Position numbers and translations under genes: made by a program. The notes under the pieces were generated by a model that made no database searches, was not told the origin of the DNA, and saw nothing but the letters and a program-made list of their open reading frames with translations. 64,000 nt of DNA from Wenzhouxiangella sp. (GTDB taxonomy: Bacteria; Pseudomonadota; Gammaproteobacteria; Xanthomonadales; Wenzhouxiangellaceae). The stretch is taken from contig JAZBPT010000044.1 of NCBI GenBank assembly GCA_036351755.1, positions 2,685 through 66,684 of the forward strand, in the 5' to 3' direction. Positions 28,038-37,253 of this stretch are shown piece by piece (the stretch's first letter is position 1; every line of letters starts with the position of its first letter).

Positions 28038-28412
28038 ATGCCGCGACTGCTGCTCAATCTCCGCAACGTACCCGATGACGAGATCGAGGAAGTGCGTTCC
28101 CTGATGGACCGGCACGGCATCGAGTGCTACGACACGCCGCCGGGGCCGTTCGGTATCACCGCCGGTGGCATCTGGCTGAAGGATCCGGACGACTACGCCC
28201 GGGCGCGCGAGTTGATGGACGCCTACCAGGCCGAGCGCGGTGACCTGGCCCGGGCGCGCTGGGAGGCGGCCCGCGAGAAGGGCGAGGCCGATACCCTGCT
28301 GTCGAGCGTGCGGCGGCATCCCCTCAAGACGCTGCTGATCGTCGCCGGCAGCCTGTTCGTGCTGATGGTGCTGTTCGCGCCGGTGATCATTTTCTTCCGG
28401 GCGGGTGGCTGA
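28038..28412 (+). CDS. DUF6164-like membrane protein
   Basis: N-terminus MPRLLLNLRNVPDDEIEEVR...GIECYDTPPG.FG...GGIW and a C-terminal TM helix. Confidence 0.7.
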   Translation: MPRLLLNLRNVPDDEIEEVRSLMDRHGIECYDTPPGPFGITAGGIWLKDPDDYARARELMDAYQAERGDLARARWEAAREKGEADTLLSSVRRHPLKTLLIVAGSLFVLMVLFAPVIIFFRAGG

Positions 28413-28423
28413 TCAGGCGATTC

Positions 28424-30247
<1,824 letters not shown>

Positions 30248-30347
30248 CGACTGAAGTTCCGGTCTCTGTTCATGTCGCTGACAGACTGCCACAAAGCGAA
30301 TGCTCGAGGGTTGGCAATTCTGCCCGGATCGTCGTGCGAAATCGTCC

Positions 30348-31103
30348 CTATCGAAGGTGATCCCGGACGCCGATGCATTCGGCCAACTGCTCCGCCCAGA
30401 GCCGGTGGGCCCTCTCGTTGGGGTGGAAGCCGTCGCGACAGAACAGCCCGTCGGGCCGCGCGACGAAGTTCATCGGAGCATGGACGAGTGAATCGTCGCG
30501 TTCGACGAACTGCGCGAGCGCGGCGTCGAGCAGGCGCGCGCGGAGTCCGAGCATTGCGGCCAGCGGCACGGGCAGGGCGGGGAAACGGCGCATCGGCGGC
30601 ACGCCGGTGAAGATGATGGCTTGCGGGTCGAGATGTTCGCGGATGGCCGCGGTCAGTCGCCCGAGCTCGTCACGCCAGCCCCTCGACGAAGACAGGGCCA
30701 GGCAGTCGTTAACGCCCAGCGCGACGATGACATGATCGACGCGACCGGAGCCGGCTTGCGGCAGCAAGACCTCGCGAGTAAAGCGCGCGGTAGCGCCGCT
30801 GCGGGCGGCCGTGCGCCACGCGACCCCGCGACCCGACCGATCGGCCAGCAGGGATGCCAGCCTGGGGACCACGCCCGCATCCTGATCGTCCAGGCCGACC
30901 GCGGCCATCGGCGACTCGCCCAGGCCGACGATGTGCAGCGCGGGATGCGAGCCGGGCAGGCTGCCCGAGCGCTCGCCCGGGGCTTCATCCAGGCGCGGCG
31001 TGCGGCGACGCACGAGCCGGCCCTGCAGCCAGTAGACCGGTGCGCCGGCCAGGGCCAGCGCGTTTGCAGCCTCCAGGAAGGCCAGGCGGCTATTCGAGCC
31101 CAA
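30348..31103 (-). CDS. SGNH/GDSL hydrolase
   Basis: Block I GES (GDS variant), G in RSGA, GVND and DGFHPN. The start is uncertain. Confidence 0.8.
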   Translation of the reverse strand: MGSNSRLAFLEAANALALAGAPVYWLQGRLVRRRTPRLDEAPGERSGSLPGSHPALHIVGLGESPMAAVGLDDQDAGVVPRLASLLADRSGRGVAWRTAARSGATARFTREVLLPQAGSGRVDHVIVALGVNDCLALSSSRGWRDELGRLTAAIREHLDPQAIIFTGVPPMRRFPALPVPLAAMLGLRARLLDAALAQFVERDDSLVHAPMNFVARPDGLFCRDGFHPNERAHRLWAEQLAECIGVRDHLR

Positions 31104-32229
31104 GCCGCTTGGCCGCCGCCGCAGAACGCTCGACGCGCGCTTGGAGTTGCGATTCGCCGGCGTCGCGCCCGCCGGCGAATTCCGGCCAGCCCTGGCCGTG
31201 CTGGCGACACAGCGCACTGAGCACTTTCACGTGTTCGGGGGAGTCGTTCAGGCAGGGGATGTACTCCAGCGACTCGCCACCGGCTTCGATGAACTCGTCG
31301 CGCCCTTCGACGGCGATCTCGTCGAGCGTTTCCAGGCAGTCGACGGAGAATCCCGGGCAAGCCACGTGCAGCTTCTTCACGCCCTGCTGGCCGAGTTCCT
31401 CGAGGGTCTGGTCGGTATAGGGCTTGAGCCATTCGGCCCGGCCCAGGCGCGACTGGAAGGTCACCATCCAGTCCTCGTCGGCCAGGCCCAGGCGATCGGC
31501 GATGATGCGCGCGCTGGCCTGGCACTGGCAGTAGTAGGGGTCGCCGGCGAGCAGGTTTCTCTTCGGGATGCCGTGGAAGGAGAACAGCAGCTTGTCGGGC
31601 TCGCCGCGTTCCTTGCGGAACCGGCGGATCGACTCGGTCACGGCCGACAGCCAGTTTTCGTCGTGGTGGAAGTTGTTGATGAAGCGCACCTCGGGCAGCC
31701 AGCGCAGGCGCTGCAGGGAGTTGGTGACCTGGTCGAAGACCGACGCGGTGGTCGTGGCCGAGTACTGCGGGTACATCGGCAGGACCAGCAGGCGCTGGAT
31801 GTTCTCGCGCCGGAGGCGGTCAATGGCCGAGTCGATGTCGGGTTTGCCGTAGGTCATCGCCAGCATGACCTTGACGCGCGGCAGGTCGGTCTGCAGTTCG
31901 GCTTCGAGCTTGTGGGCCAGGCTGCGGCTGTCGACCAGCAGGGGCGAGCCCTGCTCGGTCCAGACCCGTGCGTAGGCTTCGGCCGACTTCGGCGAGCGGA
32001 ACGGCACGATGAAGCCGTTGAGGATGAACCACCAGATCGGTTTCGGCACCTCGATGACGCGCCGGTCGGACAGGAACTGGCGCAGGTAGGGGCGCAGCGC
32101 CCTGGCGGTGGGCGCCTCGGGCGTGCCCAGGTTGACCAGCAGGACCGCGGCGCGGGCCGCCTCGCGATGGGCGTTGACCTCGCGGGTGGCTTCGATCGTT
32201 TCGACGAGTTGTTCTCTGGAACCGGGCAT
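31090..32229 (-). CDS. hemH: Ferrochelatase
   Basis: Motifs LLVNLGTP, FLSDRRV, YPQYS, FSFHGIP, FQSRLG..EWLKP and DCLETLDEI. Confidence 0.96.
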   Translation of the reverse strand: MPGSREQLVETIEATREVNAHREAARAAVLLVNLGTPEAPTARALRPYLRQFLSDRRVIEVPKPIWWFILNGFIVPFRSPKSAEAYARVWTEQGSPLLVDSRSLAHKLEAELQTDLPRVKVMLAMTYGKPDIDSAIDRLRRENIQRLLVLPMYPQYSATTTASVFDQVTNSLQRLRWLPEVRFINNFHHDENWLSAVTESIRRFRKERGEPDKLLFSFHGIPKRNLLAGDPYYCQCQASARIIADRLGLADEDWMVTFQSRLGRAEWLKPYTDQTLEELGQQGVKKLHVACPGFSVDCLETLDEIAVEGRDEFIEAGGESLEYIPCLNDSPEHVKVLSALCRQHGQGWPEFAGGRDAGESQLQARVERSAAAAKRLGLE

Positions 32230-32382
32230 TGGGCTCTCCGCGTTGAATCAATTGACTCTGAATTGTACTGAGCGGGGCGTGAGGGCAGGAGGGTAAAACC
32301 GCTCGCGAGGAGCTGTTGCTGGGGAGTTCTGGACAATTCTGCTATGATTGGACACGTCGGAGTAAAAGGACAATAAAAAGTA

Positions 32383-33369
32383 ATGCGCGCTCGCACATCT
32401 CTTCGTTGGAGAAGTGTGTTACTGGCTGTCTTCCTGGCAGGCAGTGCAGTTGCGTGGGCAGGCCCCGAGGCCTGGGTGATCAACTCGCGAGATCACGTAT
32501 CGACCGACACACGAGTGGGAGCGCTTTGGTCGCTCGATCTCGAAACCGGCCGCGCGAGCCTGCAGGGCCGTTCTCGAATTCAGGAATACTTCTTCGTGGA
32601 GGGTATGGCCTTCCGCGACGACGAGCGCCTCTACGGCGTCGACGACCAGACCAACACGCTGGTGCGGATCGGCACCGAAAGCGGCAACGCCATTGCGGTT
32701 GCCCAGACGCCGGGCAACCTCGGGCTCCCCGCCGGCAACCACGATTTCGGCGTCACGTTCACCTGCGACGGGCGCTTGCTGATCTCCACGGACTCGGTTT
32801 CCCTCGGCGTCGGGCTCTACGAAGCGAATCCCGAAACCGGTGAGCTATCGCGCATCGGGGATACGGGGGCGCCCATCGTCGACATGGCAAGCCTCGGCGA
32901 CGAGGTATTCGGCATCGGGCGGGGTATGGCCTCCGATGCTCAGCCAGCTTCGCCCAATCTCTACCGTCTCGATGTCGAGACCGGCCGGGCCGAGTTGGTC
33001 GGTCCTCTCGGCCCCGAGGTGGATCTGTACAACAAGGCAGGCCTGGCCGCGGACGCCGAAGGCAGGCTCTGGGCCGTGACCGATCGGCGCGATCCGGCCC
33101 GATCGGGCGATTCGATCGGCAGCCAGGTCCTGCGCATCGATTCTGCAACGGGACGTGCGGAGCGCGTGACCGAAACCAGGGCCGCCGATACAGGGGCTGC
33201 GTTGATCGGGATCGAGTCGCTGGCCATCGCGCCGCCGGGAGCGTGCGATCGCGGTGCGCCCGCCGGGCCTTCCGCCATTCCCGTCATGTCAACCGCCGGG
33301 CTGTGGGCCACGGTGCTGCTCGTCCTGGTTCTGGCCGTCGCGCCACTTCGCCGACTCGGCGGGAACTGA
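32383..33369 (+). CDS. Exported beta-propeller-like protein with an IPTL-CTERM-like sorting tail
   Basis: Signal peptide and repeated LY.lD.eTG blades. C-terminal AIPVMSTAGLW followed by a TM helix and RR. Confidence 0.65.
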   Translation: MRARTSLRWRSVLLAVFLAGSAVAWAGPEAWVINSRDHVSTDTRVGALWSLDLETGRASLQGRSRIQEYFFVEGMAFRDDERLYGVDDQTNTLVRIGTESGNAIAVAQTPGNLGLPAGNHDFGVTFTCDGRLLISTDSVSLGVGLYEANPETGELSRIGDTGAPIVDMASLGDEVFGIGRGMASDAQPASPNLYRLDVETGRAELVGPLGPEVDLYNKAGLAADAEGRLWAVTDRRDPARSGDSIGSQVLRIDSATGRAERVTETRAADTGAALIGIESLAIAPPGACDRGAPAGPSAIPVMSTAGLWATVLLVLVLAVAPLRRLGGN

Positions 33370-33426
33370 TAGACTGGCGCTTTCCCCGCTCGGGTCGTTC
33401 CCTGGCCCTGTACAGAGGTCTAGCAA

Positions 33427-33660
33427 ATGGGTATCGGTGGTATCAGTTGGCCCCAGATTCTGGTCGTCCTCGTCATCGTGCTGCTTATCTTCGGCACCAA
33501 GCGTATCCGCAATATCGGCAGCGATCTCGGCGGTGCCATCCGCGAGTTCCGCAAGGGTGTCGGCGAAAGCGACGACGAGTCCGGCGAGGAAAAGCCAAAG
33601 GACAAATCCTCGACGCGCAGCGACAAGGAAGACGGATCGGCCTCCAGTCGGGAGAGCTGA
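33427..33660 (+). CDS. tatA: Twin-arginine translocase subunit TatA
   Basis: [31 protein letters not shown]. Confidence 0.95.
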   Translation: MGIGGISWPQILVVLVIVLLIFGTKRIRNIGSDLGGAIREFRKGVGESDDESGEEKPKDKSSTRSDKEDGSASSRES

Positions 33661-33664
33661 GCGA

Positions 33665-33928
33665 GTGGGCGGCGTCGGCCTCAGCGAGCTGCTGCTGCTG
33701 GCTCTGATCACGCTGCTGGTCGTCGGGCCGCAGCGCCTGCCGGAAGTGGCGCGCACCGTCGGCCGCTGGACGCGCCATGCCCGCCAGGCCTGGGCGAGCC
33801 TCAAGTCCGAGTTCCAGGACGAGATGGATCGCGATCACAATCGCCGCATCCTCGAAGAAGAACAGTGCCGCAAGCAGTCCGAACCGACCGGACAGGAATC
33901 GCATGAGCGAAGAAACGACGCGGACTGA
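33665..33928 (+). CDS. tatB: Twin-arginine translocase subunit TatB
   Basis: GLSELLLLALITLLVVGPQRLPEVARTVGRW. GTG start just after tatA. Confidence 0.9.
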   Translation: MGGVGLSELLLLALITLLVVGPQRLPEVARTVGRWTRHARQAWASLKSEFQDEMDRDHNRRILEEEQCRKQSEPTGQESHERRNDAD

Positions 33929-34667
33929 TCCCGAACTTTCGCTGATCGACCACCTCGTCGAGTTGCGCAGTCGCCTGCTGCGGGCGGTGGCCGCGATCGT
34001 CCTCATCCTGCTCGTGCTGGCGCCGTTCGCGCGCCAGATCTACAGCGTGCTCGCCGAGCCGCTGGTGCGCCACCTGCCCGAGGGCGCGAGCATGATCGCC
34101 ATCGACGTGGCCTCGCCCTTCCTGACGCCGTTCAAGCTGGTGCTGATCCTGGCGCTCCTGATCGCCATGCCCTTCGTGCTCTACCAGCTGTGGGCCTTCG
34201 TCGCGCCCGGCCTCTATCGGCACGAGCAGCGCCTGGCGCGACCGCTGCTGGGCATGGCGGTGGGGTTGTTCTACGCCGGCTGCGCTTTCGCCTATTTCGT
34301 GGTGTTTCCGGTGGTCTTCGCTTTCTTCGCCTCCATGGCACCCGAAGGCGTGGCGATGATGACCGACATCAACCGCTACCTCGACTTCGTCCTGACGCTG
34401 TTCATCGCCTTCGGCCTGGCCTTCCAGGTGCCCGTGGCCACGATCATTCTCGTGGCGCTGGGCATCACCACGCCCGAGGCGCTCGGCAAGATGCGTGGCT
34501 ACGTGATCGTGGGGGCGTTCACGGTAGCCATGCTGCTCACCCCGCCCGACATGATTTCCCAGACCCTCCTGGCGCTGCCGGTGCTGCTTCTCTATGAACT
34601 GGGCATCATCGCCGCCCGGGTCATGGTGCGCCCCCCGGACGAATCGGACGATCAGGCCAACAGCTGA
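33903..34667 (+). CDS. tatC: Twin-arginine translocase subunit TatC
   Basis: Motifs LIDHLVELRSRL, YQLWAFVAPGLY..E, FGLAFQVP and TPPDMISQ. Confidence 0.96.
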   Translation: MSEETTRTDPELSLIDHLVELRSRLLRAVAAIVLILLVLAPFARQIYSVLAEPLVRHLPEGASMIAIDVASPFLTPFKLVLILALLIAMPFVLYQLWAFVAPGLYRHEQRLARPLLGMAVGLFYAGCAFAYFVVFPVVFAFFASMAPEGVAMMTDINRYLDFVLTLFIAFGLAFQVPVATIILVALGITTPEALGKMRGYVIVGAFTVAMLLTPPDMISQTLLALPVLLLYELGIIAARVMVRPPDESDDQANS

Positions 34668-35491
34668 TCGTCTTCTTCGTCGGAGCCGCCGCTTCCGGGA
34701 GAACCGAACACGCTGGCGTAGGCCACCCACTGCGTGCCGGCCATCAGCACCTGGATGAGCATGGCCGCAAGCATGAACACGACCTGGGAAACCATCTGTC
34801 CGGCCGCGCCCAGGGCCAGGCTCAGCGGCACGGTGACGATGCCGAACATGAAGCCCAGTGCGATCACCATGACGATGGCCGCGAGGCCGAAGCCGAGAAA
34901 GGCCGCCCAGTTGGCCAGCACTGCGCGCAGACTCGTCGCCAGGGCGCCGGTGGTGCCGATGTCGTGAAACATGACCAGCGGAATCGCGAAGTACATCGCC
35001 GCCATGACCGCGGCGAGAATGCCGATGGGCAGCAGCAGCATGGGGCCGAGGGAAAGCTGCTCGATCAGCCGGGCCATGGCGTCTGCGGACTCCTGTGCGG
35101 CGAGGATCTGTTCCGAAGTGACCTGGCTGCCCAGCCAGGAAGACAGGGCCAGCAGCGCCAGCAGGCTGCCGAGGATTCCGAAGGCGCCGAGCGCGAGCAG
35201 GCGGTTGCGCAAGCCGGGTCGGGACCAGGCGGCAAACAGCATGGTGGGCGCGGGCCGGCGGCCCGAGGAAACCTGGGCGAAAGCCGCGATGGCGCCGGCG
35301 GTGAGCAGCGGCGTGATCAGCATGATCGCCAGCTGGCCGATAAGTGGAATGACGGCGATCATCGAAACCAGCAGCCACAGGGCGGCCAGGCCGGCAAGCG
35401 GCCCGAAGCTCGAGAAGAGCAGTTCGCCGGCCGCCGGCAGCCAGCGCAGGCCGGCGGCGAAGCCGGGTTTGCGATAGCCCGGTGCGCTCAT
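34652..35491 (-). CDS. BPSS1780-like integral membrane protein
   Basis: Multi-TM protein with N-terminal AAGLRWL..A..L and the motifs AMYFAIPLV and SLRAVLANWAAF. Confidence 0.65.
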   Translation of the reverse strand: MSAPGYRKPGFAAGLRWLPAAGELLFSSFGPLAGLAALWLLVSMIAVIPLIGQLAIMLITPLLTAGAIAAFAQVSSGRRPAPTMLFAAWSRPGLRNRLLALGAFGILGSLLALLALSSWLGSQVTSEQILAAQESADAMARLIEQLSLGPMLLLPIGILAAVMAAMYFAIPLVMFHDIGTTGALATSLRAVLANWAAFLGFGLAAIVMVIALGFMFGIVTVPLSLALGAAGQMVSQVVFMLAAMLIQVLMAGTQWVAYASVFGSPGSGGSDEEDDQLLA

Positions 35492-36087
35492 GTCGAAGGG
35501 CGGACGGCGGCGGATTCCAGCGCGTCGTGGGCCGACCAGGCAGTCGCCTCACGCATGGCGCGGATCACGTCTTCGGGGCGATCGACCGTTTGCCACATGT
35601 CCAGGTGCGTTCGATTCATGAAGCGCTCCGTCACGCTGTGAGCCAGGAAATCGAGAAGCCGGTCGTAGTAGCCGGTCGTATTGATCAGCACGATCGGGCC
35701 GAGAAACTGTCCCAGTCGCTTGAGCGTCATGGCCTCGAACAGTTCTTCGAAGGTGCCGCAGCCGCCGGGCAGGGCGATGACGGCATCTCCCTCCTCGAGC
35801 ATGCGGGCCTTGCGCTCGCGCATGTCCGAAACCACTTCCAGTTCGTGCAGGCCTTGATGTCCCCGCTCGACACGCGTGAGAAACTCGGGGATGATGCCGT
35901 GGACCCGCGCGCCCTCGGCGATTGCGCCGTCGGCCATCGCGCCCATCAGCCCGGTGCTGCCGCCGCCGTAGACGATGCGCAGACCGGCCGCGCCGAGGGT
36001 TCGGCCGAGGCGCTCGGCCGCATCGATGTAGACGGCATCCAGAGCCTGGCTGGACGCGGCGTAGACCGTAACGCTTTTGATGGACAT
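35488..36087 (-). CDS. LOG family protein (TIGR00730, nucleotide phosphoribohydrolase)
   Basis: Motifs VYGGGSTGLMG, MRERK and LPGGCGTFEELFE. Confidence 0.92.
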   Translation of the reverse strand: MSIKSVTVYAASSQALDAVYIDAAERLGRTLGAAGLRIVYGGGSTGLMGAMADGAIAEGARVHGIIPEFLTRVERGHQGLHELEVVSDMRERKARMLEEGDAVIALPGGCGTFEELFEAMTLKRLGQFLGPIVLINTTGYYDRLLDFLAHSVTERFMNRTHLDMWQTVDRPEDVIRAMREATAWSAHDALESAAVRPST

Positions 36088-36120
36088 GAACGAAACCGGT
36101 ATCGAGGAAGATCGTTGAAG

Positions 36121-36594
36121 ATGCGTCATTGTAAACAGTCGCTGATCGGCGCGCTGATGCTTGCAGGCCTGCTGGCCGGCTGCGGCGGCGGGAGCGAAAG
36201 CGGCGAGCCCGCCGTCGAGGGCGAGGCGGCGTTCGGCCGCTACTGCGCCGGCTGCCACGGCATGCAGGGGCAGGGCCGGCCGCCGGCCTTCCCCCCGCTG
36301 GCGGGGTCGGAGTGGCTGGCGCTGCCGCCCGAGGGCCTGACCGCGATCGTCCTGCTCGGCCTGCGCGGCGAGATCGAAGTGGCCGGCCAGGCCTACGCCG
36401 GCTACATGCCGCCGATGCAGCACATCGACGACGAGCGCGTGGCCGAGATCGTGCGCTACGTCAAGCGGCGCTGGTCGCAGGCCGCGCCGGACTGGACGGC
36501 TGGCGATGTCGCTGCGCTGCGTGCCAGGCTCGCCGACCGGCGAACCCCGGAAGGCCGGGCCGGCGTCGAACGAATTTTCCAGGAGTTGCAATGA
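36121..36594 (+). CDS. Monoheme c-type cytochrome lipoprotein
   Basis: Lipobox LAGC, heme motif CAGCH, FPPLAGSEW and axial Met in YMPP. Confidence 0.88.
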   Translation: MRHCKQSLIGALMLAGLLAGCGGGSESGEPAVEGEAAFGRYCAGCHGMQGQGRPPAFPPLAGSEWLALPPEGLTAIVLLGLRGEIEVAGQAYAGYMPPMQHIDDERVAEIVRYVKRRWSQAAPDWTAGDVAALRARLADRRTPEGRAGVERIFQELQ

Positions 36595-37244
36595 ACCAGC
36601 CTTTTCCCTTCCAGCGCCAGAGCAATCCGCCGGTGTCGATGATCCTGCTCGGGGTCACGGTGGTGGCGTACTTCGTGCAGGTCAGTTCGATGAGCGAAGT
36701 CATTCGCCTGTTCGCGCTCTGGCCGCTGGGCACGCCCGAACTCATCCGCTTCGCCGATGGCGGGACCATGTCAACCGGCTTCGCGCCCTGGCAGCTGATC
36801 AGCTACGGCTTCCTGCACGGCGGCATCGGCCACCTGTTCTTCAACATGTTCGCGCTCTACATGTTCGGCCTGCCCGTCGAACGGGTCTGGGGGGCGCGCC
36901 GCTTCCTCGTCTACTACTTCGTGTGCATGGCGGGCGCGGCCGTCATCCAGCTTGGCGTGGCCGCGGTCACCGGCGATATCTACCCGACGATCGGTGCCTC
37001 CGGCGCAGTCTTCGGCCTGTTGCTGGCCTATGGCCTGATGTTTCCCAACAGCACCATCATGCTGCTGATTCCGCCCATTCCCATGAAGGCGAAGTACTTC
37101 GTGATAGGTTACGGCCTGTTGACGCTGTTCATGGGCATGACCGGCACGATGGCCGGCGTCGCCCACTTTGCGCATCTTGGCGGCATGCTCTTCGGTTTCG
37201 GGCTGATCCTCTACTGGGGCAGCCGACGAAGCCGGCGGCGATAG
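36591..37244 (+). CDS. Rhomboid family intramembrane serine protease
   Basis: Motifs PWQ, FLHG..GHLFFNM, GASGAVFG and AHFAHLGG. Confidence 0.93.
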   Translation: MNQPFPFQRQSNPPVSMILLGVTVVAYFVQVSSMSEVIRLFALWPLGTPELIRFADGGTMSTGFAPWQLISYGFLHGGIGHLFFNMFALYMFGLPVERVWGARRFLVYYFVCMAGAAVIQLGVAAVTGDIYPTIGASGAVFGLLLAYGLMFPNSTIMLLIPPIPMKAKYFVIGYGLLTLFMGMTGTMAGVAHFAHLGGMLFGFGLILYWGSRRSRRR

Positions 37245-37253
37245 GAGTCTCGT

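Noticed and set aside
32240-32265. FNR/Anr box upstream of hemH (TTGAATCAATTGAC)
   Set aside because: The half-site spacing does not fit TTGAT-N4-ATCAA.
36591-37244. Rhomboid protease as the sortase for the CTERM protein at 32383 or as the borosin protease
   Set aside because: It looks like a generic rhomboid. Rhombosortases act on GlyGly-CTERM rather than IPTL-type tails, and no linkage evidence exists.
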